Positions 45,752 through 57,414 of a DNA stretch of 64,000 nucleotides are shown here, piece after piece. The translations under genes and the position numbers were made by a program. The DNA is taken from the sequence record OQ992562.1; one strand, given 5' to 3'. The notes beneath the pieces were generated by a model, which was given only the letters and a program-made list of their open reading frames with translations, ran no database searches and was not told where the DNA came from. Position 1 is the stretch's first letter; each line of letters begins with the position of its first letter.

Positions 45752-46072
45752 TTAGCTTGAGCGAGATACCCCTTGATAGACAGGTATTGAATTCTGGTCA
45801 GTACATGGAGGCAACCTATGCCTCTTAAGAATTGGTAATATGTTGGCTAGAAAATTAGCATACCATACTTCAAAGGTGACTGAATCATCAATGGTAGTTC
45901 TAGCTGTCAACGTCTGACTAGGGTATTGAGCTAATAGTTGTTGAAAGCAAGCTGATAAAGTGGGTACGTCTGTACACACTGGTAATCGACGTAATAGATC
46001 TTCTGATAGTTCAACATCAAACATTCGTAGACGTTGACAAAGTGTTAAACGATAATCTTCTGTAGTTTTCAT
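45752..46072 (-). CDS. Hypothetical protein (gp150-like)
   Basis: AAGGA RBS; 106 aa. Confidence 0.7.
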   Translation of the reverse strand: MKTTEDYRLTLCQRLRMFDVELSEDLLRRLPVCTDVPTLSACFQQLLAQYPSQTLTARTTIDDSVTFEVWYANFLANILPILKRHRLPPCTDQNSIPVYQGVSRSS

Positions 46073-46095
46073 TATAGTTCCTTAGGGTCTTTATT

Positions 46096-46446
46096 TTACT
46101 TTGATATCTCACCACAGTAAATGACCTCTGTTTTTGTTTCAAGCCATTCTACTAATAAATGCCGGTGACAGAAATTACCAGCGCGACAATAACAACCTAA
46201 TGCTACTTCCTCTAATTGGAAGAACCATTTAAAGAATTCTGGATTATCAATCAATGATTGCTCTAACATACTGAGATATGCTTCAGTGTATTCATCACTT
46301 GATATAATTCCTTTCTTATGTCCCATAACCATTAACCACGTAGGTGCGAGTTGATATGCACCTGATTTAACAGTTATGTCTAGCGGTTTTATTCCTTTCT
46401 CTATAACTAACTTATATTTAGCTATCTGATAAGTGTAAACATTCAT
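46096..46446 (-). CDS. DUF488-like protein
   Basis: LDITVKS, LAPTW, ALGCYCRAGNFCHRHLL resemble DUF488-family motifs. Confidence 0.6.
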   Translation of the reverse strand: MNVYTYQIAKYKLVIEKGIKPLDITVKSGAYQLAPTWLMVMGHKKGIISSDEYTEAYLSMLEQSLIDNPEFFKWFFQLEEVALGCYCRAGNFCHRHLLVEWLETKTEVIYCGEISK

Positions 46447-46460
46447 ATACCAAACCTGAC

Positions 46461-46491
46461 ATAACTAGGGATCTTATTGACCCCTAGTTAT
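46461..46491 (-). terminator. Stem-loop after recombinase gene
   Basis: ATAACTAGGG/CCCTAGTTAT, 11-nt loop. Confidence 0.55.
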
Positions 46492-46522
46492 TTTAAAACT
46501 GGCGATAACATCTATACTAACA

Positions 46523-47962
46523 TTAAGCTTTTGCTTTAGCTAGTTCAAGAGGTACAATTTTAGCTTTTTCTTCGTCAGTCATCCAGTATGGTTTATATTC
46601 ACTTTTACGCATGCGTAGTAGGTCATACGTGGATAGGAATTTTTTATCACTAAATTGTTCGTCTTCTTCGAACATCCAATAGCCACGGGTATTATTAAGA
46701 ATAATATTCCAATCATAACCCATTACTTTAAGATCAGCATATAGTTCGGCTGGAGTTACTACATAATCTCCAAGATTCCAACGTTGGAATTGAATTAATT
46801 GTAGCATTTCAGATTGGATTTCAACAGCTCGTTGTAGAGCAGGGTTATCCATCAATTTCTTACGAACAGTGGTTCGGCTTAGTTTGATATCAGGACATAG
46901 CTCAACGAAGTAGTTAATGTTATTACCACCAATCCCCCAATCATTTTCACGGCAATAATGGAATTCCGATAGTGATGGAAGAATACCTTCAGTCTGTGAA
47001 ACAATGAGATGGAATGGTAGACCAGTAATTCCACCTTTACCACGTAAGTTAATAACTTCTAGAATACGTAGATCTGTATCGCCTTCAATAGCAGTTGAAT
47101 TGTCAATTGGATATAAAGGCATTTTTTCTTTATTGACTAACGGTTTATTAGATTCAATAGAAAACACATTATTCGGCAGAGAGTAGAAACCACCTGATAC
47201 CCCTTTAAGAACCGTATCCTTCTTCATATGCGATAGATTACGTTTATCAGTAGGGTACATCTCAATTTGAATAATATCTCCAACGTGTGCAGTGAGAATC
47301 ATGTATGTACTGGTTTTAGCACAGATCTGCGGCAGTTGGTTAAATAACTGATTCTTGGCTTTACCATTAGTCATCGCATCAGTGTTTACTTTAGAATCAC
47401 CGATAGCATTTTTAGCATACATTTCAGACACAGCTGAGACAATGAACTTTGAGAAACTATCAATGAATCCACCAGTTGGGTACAGTGCTTTCTTATTATT
47501 ACCATTCACATCAAGAAATGGGGTAGTACGTAGATAATCTTTTTCAGCCTTTTCTTTTTCAGATAATGCATCGCGGAAGATTTTGAACCACTCATCCCCA
47601 GTATAACGAGATAAGTCAGTAAACATGTATTGCTCATCATTTTCCCAATCGATAGCAGCTAGCTCAGGATAAGCTTGTGCTAAAGATGTAAATCGAGCAC
47701 CTGGGTTTAATGTACCTTCTGTATCGTAAGTCATTGCATGTGCACCGGGGAAAGCACGGCGCATCATTGCCATGAGGTAGATACCTAATGCAGTTTTAAA
47801 ATTGTTAGGTCGTGAAGCAATACCAGTTAGTGATCCCATACCACCATTTAGAATCATTTCACCATGCTTACCTTGTTCATACTTACCAGTTGAAATGTCC
47901 ATAAGGCATCCGATGTTAAGAGCCGGTCGGAAAGCTGGACGTTCGAAATGTTTACCAAACAT
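46523..47962 (-). CDS. uvsX: UvsX/RecA-like recombinase (phiKZ gp152-like)
   Basis: GGAG RBS; variant P-loop SRPNNFKT, YDTEGT, Walker B FIDSFS, GGKGG-like LRGKGG. Confidence 0.85.
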   Translation of the reverse strand: MFGKHFERPAFRPALNIGCLMDISTGKYEQGKHGEMILNGGMGSLTGIASRPNNFKTALGIYLMAMMRRAFPGAHAMTYDTEGTLNPGARFTSLAQAYPELAAIDWENDEQYMFTDLSRYTGDEWFKIFRDALSEKEKAEKDYLRTTPFLDVNGNNKKALYPTGGFIDSFSKFIVSAVSEMYAKNAIGDSKVNTDAMTNGKAKNQLFNQLPQICAKTSTYMILTAHVGDIIQIEMYPTDKRNLSHMKKDTVLKGVSGGFYSLPNNVFSIESNKPLVNKEKMPLYPIDNSTAIEGDTDLRILEVINLRGKGGITGLPFHLIVSQTEGILPSLSEFHYCRENDWGIGGNNINYFVELCPDIKLSRTTVRKKLMDNPALQRAVEIQSEMLQLIQFQRWNLGDYVVTPAELYADLKVMGYDWNIILNNTRGYWMFEEDEQFSDKKFLSTYDLLRMRKSEYKPYWMTDEEKAKIVPLELAKAKA

Positions 47963-48059
47963 GTTGACTCCATTTTTTAAGTTAAACAGTCAATTAATTG
48001 ATTTGGAGAGTAATTTTATGTCTACATATTCAACAATCCTTGCGCAAGGAAATTAAGAC

Positions 48060-48974
48060 ATGTTTAACATCCATAAATACGCTAAAAGTATTTCACTAGA
48101 AAATGATTGTCAGGATCTAATTGAATCTGACAATATTGTTAATGATGATATTAGTTTAGTACAAGTTGATCCAAAACAACAGCTTGTAGATATTACTGAG
48201 ACTATTTCTCAAGAAGCTAATTTCGCAACAAACGCTATTAACATTATCAATAAACGCGGTGCTAATTTTGCTATCGCTGCTCGTAATGCATTTACGTCGA
48301 TGACTAACTGGAGTAATCAAATTATTCCTGAGTTCCATCCAGCGCAGATGCGCCATTTAGTTTCACACATTGATTATTTAGAAGTAGCAAATACAATCGT
48401 GCCACAACCAGTTGGTTTTAATGGTGAGATTCCAGACTATGTTGATTATCTATTAACAGAAGCTAAGGAAATGGCCACTATTATTCCAGCGGTATTAGAC
48501 CCGGTTAAAGCACAACTTGGATATTATTTACAACAGCGTGCTGATCGAATGGATAAGCGTGGCTTTGCTAATTCATTTGCAATGGCATCGATCAATGATC
48601 TTGCTAAAGATGCTTCTTTCTATGACAGTGACAACCGGTCAAGTACAGCTGAGTTTGGTAAGCTTTACCCATCATTAAATTCATTTGTTGACGCAACAAA
48701 GAAAATGAACGATATTCGTAGCATTTTATCACGGGTTCGTCCAAATGATGTAAAACGTGCTTCAGAAGCGCTTAGTCAATTAATTGATAGCTTTATGGAG
48801 GATGTTAAGGATAGTAACTCTGACACCTCTCCAGAGCTATTACAGACATTAATTGAAGGGGTTACATGGGCAGCAGACCATGTTGAACGTTATTCAACAC
48901 TCTTTACTAAGATTGTTGAGACTGCGAACACAATGAAAGCCACTGAAGATATTCTTCGTGAAATCATTGGATAA
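48060..48974 (+). CDS. Virion head protein (gp153-like)
   Basis: AAGGA RBS; N-terminal SISLE|ND protease-type site; helical body. Confidence 0.65.
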   Translation: MFNIHKYAKSISLENDCQDLIESDNIVNDDISLVQVDPKQQLVDITETISQEANFATNAINIINKRGANFAIAARNAFTSMTNWSNQIIPEFHPAQMRHLVSHIDYLEVANTIVPQPVGFNGEIPDYVDYLLTEAKEMATIIPAVLDPVKAQLGYYLQQRADRMDKRGFANSFAMASINDLAKDASFYDSDNRSSTAEFGKLYPSLNSFVDATKKMNDIRSILSRVRPNDVKRASEALSQLIDSFMEDVKDSNSDTSPELLQTLIEGVTWAADHVERYSTLFTKIVETANTMKATEDILREIIG

Positions 48975-48982
48975 CAGCATAA

Positions 48983-49005
48983 GCCCTCTCCCAAAAGGAG
49001 AGGGC
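48983..49005. terminator. Bidirectional terminator
   Basis: GCCCTCTCC-CAAAA-GGAGAGGGC. Confidence 0.8.
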
Positions 49006-49020
49006 ATTATGTCGTACCAA

Positions 49021-49440
49021 TCAATTTGGAATACACTTCTCATGTAAACTTAATTTAAAGAGAGTTTTCAAATCCTTTAAAAAAGTTGCATCATCAGCAT
49101 ATTTCATCCAACACGGAGTCTTACGAATAAGCCTCATGAAAAATTGATCAGTGGTTAGATCTGCTTTATCAATCTTATCGATTGCTATCACGCCTTTCCA
49201 TACGTACGGCCCATAATGAATAGGGAGTCGTAAGGCAGCTTCATCGCGTACTAGTTTCATGTTAGAATTCAAATGAGAGATCTTTTCACACTCATTTGTC
49301 TTACACTGTACTATAACGGAGTACAGTGACGCCATGACGCACATCCGCTTTAGTTCGGGATCAGCATAGTCCCAGAGCTTAATCCAAATTGCCCTGAAAC
49401 CATTCTTAACCGACTTTTTGAATCTGCTAATAAGGTTCAT
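49021..49440 (-). CDS. Hypothetical protein (gp154-like)
   Basis: Start moved to ATG 49440, 10 nt after RNase H stop. Confidence 0.65.
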   Translation of the reverse strand: MNLISRFKKSVKNGFRAIWIKLWDYADPELKRMCVMASLYSVIVQCKTNECEKISHLNSNMKLVRDEAALRLPIHYGPYVWKGVIAIDKIDKADLTTDQFFMRLIRKTPCWMKYADDATFLKDLKTLFKLSLHEKCIPN

Positions 49441-49450
49441 GGAATACCCA

Positions 49451-50899
49451 CTATTTTGGGAGAATAAATTGTGTATAGGGTGATTGATAAATAGCTGAAC
49501 CATCATCAGTCACGAACACAATTGAATATGAATAAGAATATGGGCCTTCAGCTACTACAAGAATTTCCATTTTAACTTTATTAGCTCCAATACGAGCTAA
49601 TTGGTTTCTACTTGGAATATCGATATTTAATACAAGCTTTAATTTTATCTTACGATCTTTAAATGTGATCGGAACTTCTACAAAGCCTGTATTAGATGTA
49701 ATCGTCTTAAGTAGTTGATAGCCAACTTTCTTACCCTTTGCGACTTCCTCGAAGAAGTGCTCGGTAATATCAATAATACCAACCGACTCTCCAAGTTTAC
49801 CAGCCAAGTAATCTTCAAGACGACTGCGCATAACATTAAATGTAGCTACAGCATCATTTGCCATACGTGGTGGATTAAGAGTCCGACTAATGAGTTCATC
49901 TGTTGGCGTCGACAAAACATTGATATCTTTCCATACGACTAGAGCAGGTAGTCCCATAGATTCAATTTTCTGTCGAATGGTTGCACGATATGCGTTTGCC
50001 AAATTGATGATACCCAGTTCTGGATTTTCAGTACCCAGTGCTTCTGTATGCATATTAATTAGTAACTGGAGATACTCATCTGGCTCATTTGCCTTATATA
50101 CACTGAAGGTTGCTTCAGAGATACGACGCCCTAAAATTAAATCAGCTTTAGCTAACTTATCTTTAGCAGTGTCTTTTGGCTTATGTCCATAGTTATGCAT
50201 ACGACCTAAGTTATAGGTGTAATAGAACCCATCTGGTTCTTCTCCAGAGTTAATGGCGAAGAGTAACCTACTTTCGAGGATAAGTGGATTAACAACTTGT
50301 TTTTTAAGTTTGTTAATTTCTTCGCCTTTAACCGAAACCATCACTGGCTTATCATTATTCTGTCCCGAACCAAGCTTAGCGTTAGCATCAGCTTTTTCAT
50401 TACCAATGTCTCCGTTATGACCACGGACCCATTGAATGCTTAATGGTTTATTAGTTTCTTCCCATTTAGCTTTTAGTTCGACCATCTGTTTCCATAGGTC
50501 CTGGTTTGCTACTGGTGTACCGTCTGATTTAATCCAATTGGATTTAATCCATTTGGGTAAATATGCGGTCATACCTTTTCTAACGTATTCACTATCCATG
50601 AGCATCGTTAGTCTAGGTGCATCTGCTTCATGGGCTATTTTGAAAGCCTCAATTGCAGCGGTTAGCTCACCTGTATTATTAGTAGGGTTATTAGTTACAC
50701 TACCAAATGCATCAATATAATTTAAAACAGTGCATGTCTCATCTGCACCTACATCTAAGTATCCCTTAGCTGTTGGTTGCTGTTTGGTGGCTGCTTTAGA
50801 TTTCATTGCAACATTTTCATAGGTATAACCATGAATGCCCCAACCAGCTTTACCCTGTCGGAATGATCCGTCAGTGTATAAAACCATACCGTCTGACAT
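49451..50899 (-). CDS. rnhA: RNase HI with large C-terminal domain (phiKZ gp155-like)
   Basis: LYTDGS, TNNTGEL, MDSEY, WVRGHNGDIGNEKADANA; GAGGA RBS. Confidence 0.92.
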   Translation of the reverse strand: MSDGMVLYTDGSFRQGKAGWGIHGYTYENVAMKSKAATKQQPTAKGYLDVGADETCTVLNYIDAFGSVTNNPTNNTGELTAAIEAFKIAHEADAPRLTMLMDSEYVRKGMTAYLPKWIKSNWIKSDGTPVANQDLWKQMVELKAKWEETNKPLSIQWVRGHNGDIGNEKADANAKLGSGQNNDKPVMVSVKGEEINKLKKQVVNPLILESRLLFAINSGEEPDGFYYTYNLGRMHNYGHKPKDTAKDKLAKADLILGRRISEATFSVYKANEPDEYLQLLINMHTEALGTENPELGIINLANAYRATIRQKIESMGLPALVVWKDINVLSTPTDELISRTLNPPRMANDAVATFNVMRSRLEDYLAGKLGESVGIIDITEHFFEEVAKGKKVGYQLLKTITSNTGFVEVPITFKDRKIKLKLVLNIDIPSRNQLARIGANKVKMEILVVAEGPYSYSYSIVFVTDDGSAIYQSPYTQFILPK

Positions 50900-50954
50900 T
50901 ATTGTTTCCTCATGTGATCGATTACTAAACTAGATAATAATTCTAGCAAGTAAA

Positions 50955-51356
50955 TTACTCATCACACTTTGCACGCCATTCTTCATATGCTTGCTCAATT
51001 TTAGCGCGCTCAGATACAATATGTGACTTTAATTCTTTTATATAGTCAGTCAACAAGATATCGATTTGTTCCGGAGTTTCTATAAACTCTGTAATAATCG
51101 GTGTTGGCGGTACCGGTTTCTTTCTTGGTAGTTCGAAAACCATACACTTCTTACTAGTATCCTTACTATATTTTTTAGGTGTAGGCAGAACTTTTTGTAT
51201 TACCTCTTCTTTAGTTGTAACAACAGATGTATGATCATCTGTAGAAGAGGAGTGTTCATATTGGACCACAGTCGTGTTGTGCGTGTGGTACTCATGTGGC
51301 GTATAAACACAGCCACTGATAAGTGGTAGGAGTATTAGAAAGAACTTTCTTGACAT
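50955..51356 (-). CDS. Putative lipoprotein (o-spanin-like)
   Basis: Start moved to ATG 51356: MSRKFFLILLPLISG-C lipobox; Pro-rich PRKKPVPPTP; C-terminal helix and Cys. Confidence 0.65.
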   Translation of the reverse strand: MSRKFFLILLPLISGCVYTPHEYHTHNTTVVQYEHSSSTDDHTSVVTTKEEVIQKVLPTPKKYSKDTSKKCMVFELPRKKPVPPTPIITEFIETPEQIDILLTDYIKELKSHIVSERAKIEQAYEEWRAKCDE

Positions 51357-51376
51357 GTGATCCACCAATTTGGTAC

Positions 51377-51667
51377 TTACTTTAGCAAGTCATTTAAACG
51401 ACGGCGGCGCTCAAGCATTTCAGCCTTTTCAGGCGTCATTTTCTTGAGTCGATCCATTTCGGCTTTAACGGCCCAGTTGCTTGCTTTAACTGACTTCAAC
51501 TCACTAGTCACTATGAATAAGGTACCTAGTAATATTACGACTAGGATCAACATCGCCGTGACGTGTTTGTTTTCCAGCAACACTTCCTTAATAGTTCTAT
51601 CACCAAAGATAGCCCTCTTAAGGAATGGCCAAACGAAGAGCAAGGCTTTAATAGTCAAACCGAGCAT
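51377..51667 (-). CDS. Membrane protein with TM and coiled coil
   Basis: GAGGT RBS; VTAMLILVVILLGTLFIV TM then helical tail. Confidence 0.7.
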   Translation of the reverse strand: MLGLTIKALLFVWPFLKRAIFGDRTIKEVLLENKHVTAMLILVVILLGTLFIVTSELKSVKASNWAVKAEMDRLKKMTPEKAEMLERRRRLNDLLK

Positions 51668-51842
51668 GATGACCTCTGTTAGTACTATGCCTACCCATAA
51701 AAGCCAGTATTGGCATTTCTATCAATAGACTGTTACAAGGGTATTACGTAAAGCTCATAATACCAGACTTTTTATTTTAACACAACTAGAACAGACTGAT
51801 TTTATAGATGGAAACCCATCGCGCTCTAATTATGAGGATTAA

Positions 51843-53183
<1,341 letters not shown>

Positions 53184-53193
53184 TGCATAAATG

Positions 53194-53215
53194 AGAGAGG
53201 GCAAAGGCCCTCTCT
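53194..53215 (+). terminator. Stem-loop terminator
   Basis: AGAGAGGGC-AAAG-GCCCTCTCT. Confidence 0.7.
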
Positions 53216-53238
53216 TATATTAATCTAAAGGTGGCGCA

Positions 53239-54189
53239 ATGCGTAGATTCACTCTTAATCTGGCGGATAACCCGCGTGGACAAGATCCACGAATAGGTTT
53301 CTTCAAAGCAGTTACAACAGCATATCCGGATTTAGGTTTATCTGAAGATAAGTCCATTATCGTAATGGTAATGGATAGTGCAACTATCGATGAGCCTAAT
53401 AGGGCATTTGTTCGTATTCAAAAAGATGCAACTAATAGTGCTGTTTATTACGACTTTCTTTATAATCGTTTTAATGTTAATGATTATATTAAAAATCCAT
53501 ATTGGACAGCATCGGAAGTAACGGTTGTTCAAGGATTAAAAAATAGCGAAGCTTTAGTTGCGTATGTTGCTAATAAAGCTAAATTAAATTTTACTGCTAG
53601 TGACATATGGTTAGAAATATCTAATATAATGTATACCGGTGGTAAGAAACAACCAAACTTTTTATTTAAAGCTATTGATTCATCACTATGGTGGAGAGGA
53701 TGGTTAAATCTATGGTTACATTCAGGTGGTGATGTTGACCCTGATCCGCCGGACCCAGATCCAGATCCTGATCCAGAACCAACAGATGGCTATCAGATAT
53801 TCCCGCAATTGCTTGTACCATTTACAATTACAGTTGATAATGAAACAGGTAAATTTGGTAATTGGATTTGTCCGCCTTATGATCAAGCTATAGGTAGGCT
53901 ATTGGTACTAATGCCTAAACCAGATGATGCTCAAATAGAAGAGTCACCTAAAGGTGTTATACTACCTTCTGGCAATAGCGAGAAACTTAAGGCTGGTGCT
54001 GAATATCGAATACTGAATTTAACTAATGAAGATGTTGATATAGCTACTGCTTATCAACAGAGTATCATTAGGCCAATGTATACAAGTACTGGTTTCTTAC
54101 CTAATAATGGCTATACTCGATTTATCTGTTATAATGAAACAACTAAAGCGATGTATACACTTGGTCTGTCATGGTGGATGCAATCATGA
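53239..54189 (+). CDS. Two-domain structural protein with Pro-Asp linker (gp158-like)
   Basis: AAGGTGG RBS; YDFLYNRFNV family motif; DVDPDPPDPDPDPDPEP linker; LP..G..Y.I.N.TN domain. Confidence 0.7.
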   Translation: MRRFTLNLADNPRGQDPRIGFFKAVTTAYPDLGLSEDKSIIVMVMDSATIDEPNRAFVRIQKDATNSAVYYDFLYNRFNVNDYIKNPYWTASEVTVVQGLKNSEALVAYVANKAKLNFTASDIWLEISNIMYTGGKKQPNFLFKAIDSSLWWRGWLNLWLHSGGDVDPDPPDPDPDPDPEPTDGYQIFPQLLVPFTITVDNETGKFGNWICPPYDQAIGRLLVLMPKPDDAQIEESPKGVILPSGNSEKLKAGAEYRILNLTNEDVDIATAYQQSIIRPMYTSTGFLPNNGYTRFICYNETTKAMYTLGLSWWMQS

Positions 54190-54590
54190 GCGAATTCTGT
54201 TATATCTACCCACCTATGAAAGTAATTGACACGTCTAAAGCAACTGGACGTAAGTTTGATATTGACTCAACTTATCTTAATGCGCACATTATCGTTGAAG
54301 ATCCTAATTATACTGATAATGATAATTCAGATAGTCCATTTATAGTAAATTTACCAGCTACTGCCTATGATACTAAAAAAGGTAAATATGTATTTACTAT
54401 TGCTAATAAGACAAATGGATTATTGGTGATTCGTGCTTATGGTAATCGTTTAGTTGGTAACCGTGTATTCAAAGTTGACTGTCAATTAAACAAAGGTGAG
54501 GCATGTGAATATAGAACGGTTTATGATTCATTAGAAAATGAATTATACTGGTCTATCGAAGGACGTGTAATGACGGATGTACAGGAGTAA
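54186..54590 (+). CDS. Hypothetical protein related to the C-domain of the upstream gene (gp159-like)
   Basis: ATGA overlap start 54186; VNLPATAYDTKKGKYVFTIANKTN. Confidence 0.65.
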   Translation: MSEFCYIYPPMKVIDTSKATGRKFDIDSTYLNAHIIVEDPNYTDNDNSDSPFIVNLPATAYDTKKGKYVFTIANKTNGLLVIRAYGNRLVGNRVFKVDCQLNKGEACEYRTVYDSLENELYWSIEGRVMTDVQE

Positions 54591-54593
54591 ATC

Positions 54594-55067
54594 ATGGCAG
54601 ATACATCAAAATGTGATAATTTCATTCCTGGTTCATTTTACACAACAATAAATAAATATCCATTAAAAATGAAACACCCTCTTTATGGAGATGATGTTAT
54701 TTATAATCTGTTAGATGTTAAAGATTATTTTGATACTAACATTATCTTTAAAGAAGAAGATGGATATGTATCATCACCAACAACACCTACATTTATTGGC
54801 ACTGTTATTAAATATAATACATCATTGCCAAATGGATTTACTTTCGTATTGAGTTTCTATGAAAAAGATCCTATTAATGGCAAAGAGACTAGGGACTCAT
54901 TAAGTTTTTGGGCACAAGACAAAGATGGTAAATTAGTTATACCTAGAGGTTTTCCATTTGAAGATGCTTCTGTGCGCGGTACGGTTGGACAACGATTTAT
55001 ATTAGTCAGACCTAATGGCCAAACAACTGGTGATTATATTTGGGTTTGTCCTGGTCAAGCATTTTAA
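54594..55067 (+). CDS. Hypothetical protein (gp160-like)
   Basis: AGGAG RBS; beta-rich 157 aa. Confidence 0.7.
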   Translation: MADTSKCDNFIPGSFYTTINKYPLKMKHPLYGDDVIYNLLDVKDYFDTNIIFKEEDGYVSSPTTPTFIGTVIKYNTSLPNGFTFVLSFYEKDPINGKETRDSLSFWAQDKDGKLVIPRGFPFEDASVRGTVGQRFILVRPNGQTTGDYIWVCPGQAF

Positions 55068-55072
55068 TTTAA

Positions 55073-55100
55073 AGCGGATCTGCTTTAAAGTGGATCCGCT
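55073..55100 (+). terminator. Stem-loop, possible terminator
   Basis: AGCGGATC/GATCCGCT. Confidence 0.5.
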
Positions 55101-55141
55101 ATTATTTCGTCTTAAAGTAACTATAGTGCTCAATTGAATGA

Positions 55142-55801
<660 letters not shown>

Positions 55802-55836
55802 CAACCTTATGAACTTTAATACTCCGGAGTTTTAAA

Positions 55837-57405
55837 ATGGCTAAGAAAAAAACAGTTCCCGCAATGGATTTCTTTGCAAGTCTTGAGCGCGTTTCTGATG
55901 CTGAAGATAAGAATGTCAATCTTGATGTTGGTAAAGAATTACCAGAACAATTAAAAGATGATGAAGATGGTAAAGTAAATCCATGTGATGAAGTTACCAA
56001 TGTCGTTACCAATACCCCAATTGACGTATGCAAAGGTCCAGATGTTGATGGAACTGCTGATAAGATCAATGATAAGAAGATTCATGTTAGTCAAGGGCTA
56101 AAAGAATTCCAAGTAGCTAAAGGTGATCGTGTTGAAAACGAAATCACTGAAACAGCTGATGAAATGATCACTAAAGTAAGTGATACTAAAGATCTTAATG
56201 TTAGTACCAAAAAACCACACCAAATTGCAGATGTCCCATCGAATGAAGACATTTCTATTATGGAAGCCAATGAGACTGAGCAGCTAGACCATGGCTATGA
56301 TGCCACCGCACTACTGGAAACTACTGAAGATATCATCACTGGTGAACTAGATGATCATCTAGAATCATTATCAGTTGAAATGTTTACAATTGTAAATGAA
56401 CTGACTAAAGTAGAATCTGTTCAAACTGCATTAGAAAACTATATTGGTTTAGTTAGTAACCGCCATCATCGCGGGCATGATGTCGATCATGATCTAGCTA
56501 AAGCTATTAGCATCGCGCTAGAGTCATTTGACTATAAATATTTTAATAACACTGTGCCATCAATGGAATCCTTTATATCACCGCTAACTCGGCCTAAAGC
56601 TTCTATTGAAGTATTAGATAATCTACAAGCTAAAGCAAAAGAAGTATCTACTGTTGCATTAGATTTCATTAAGAAGCTAATTCGCATTGTTGTAGAAACT
56701 TATCAACGTATTCGCCAGAATGTCAGTAATCAAATAGAACGCGTTAATAAGATCATGAAACGCGTTAAAGAGAATGAACTACCCGATGAAGTTCGTACTA
56801 TCGCAATTCCACGCGATCTGATTCTAGGCGACACTGGTGAGAGTTGGGTTGGTGTAGACCCTGTTCAGGGGGTTACTGTAATCCGTAATCTATTTGACAG
56901 CATTGAAAAGAATGGACTGCGTGCTCTTAAAGCAGCCTTAGCTGGAAAAACAACTGATGATAAAGCACTGGCTTTAGCTAAAGGTATGTTTGGAACAGCT
57001 ACCAAAATTAATGCTAATGGTGTCCGATATGCTAGCCCGGTTGTGCCCGGTAATCGTGTTTATACCTTTGGTAAAGACAAAGCTGCGGTAGACTTCTCCA
57101 TTCTTGATGCACCGGGTAAACCCAACTATGGAATTACTGTTGAACTATTAGTTGATAAGAATGTTGTTATGGCTCAGCTAAAAGCAGTTCATAACCTCCT
57201 AAATCATCTAAATAATATTCGCGGTATCTCTAAAGAGTCAACTGCTGAAATCATTGCACAGATGACTGATAAAGAAGCAACCAATGTTGGTAAGGCTTAT
57301 CTAACTGGCACCACTGAAGCTAGTAATGATCTGTTTAAATGTGTGATGATCTGGATCACCGTACTTGAGAAACTAGTTGATAGTGAAATCAAGGAAACTG
57401 AATAG
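55837..57405 (+). CDS. Internal head protein with acidic propeptide (gp162-like)
   Basis: GGAG RBS; acidic N-region with SLE, SVE, ALE|S, SME|S protease-type sites. Confidence 0.8.
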   Translation: MAKKKTVPAMDFFASLERVSDAEDKNVNLDVGKELPEQLKDDEDGKVNPCDEVTNVVTNTPIDVCKGPDVDGTADKINDKKIHVSQGLKEFQVAKGDRVENEITETADEMITKVSDTKDLNVSTKKPHQIADVPSNEDISIMEANETEQLDHGYDATALLETTEDIITGELDDHLESLSVEMFTIVNELTKVESVQTALENYIGLVSNRHHRGHDVDHDLAKAISIALESFDYKYFNNTVPSMESFISPLTRPKASIEVLDNLQAKAKEVSTVALDFIKKLIRIVVETYQRIRQNVSNQIERVNKIMKRVKENELPDEVRTIAIPRDLILGDTGESWVGVDPVQGVTVIRNLFDSIEKNGLRALKAALAGKTTDDKALALAKGMFGTATKINANGVRYASPVVPGNRVYTFGKDKAAVDFSILDAPGKPNYGITVELLVDKNVVMAQLKAVHNLLNHLNNIRGISKESTAEIIAQMTDKEATNVGKAYLTGTTEASNDLFKCVMIWITVLEKLVDSEIKETE

Positions 57406-57414
57406 GTAAACATA

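Noticed and set aside
51357-51728. 123-aa plus-strand ORF
   Set aside because: Antisense to a membrane-protein gene with a good RBS; lacks its own RBS.
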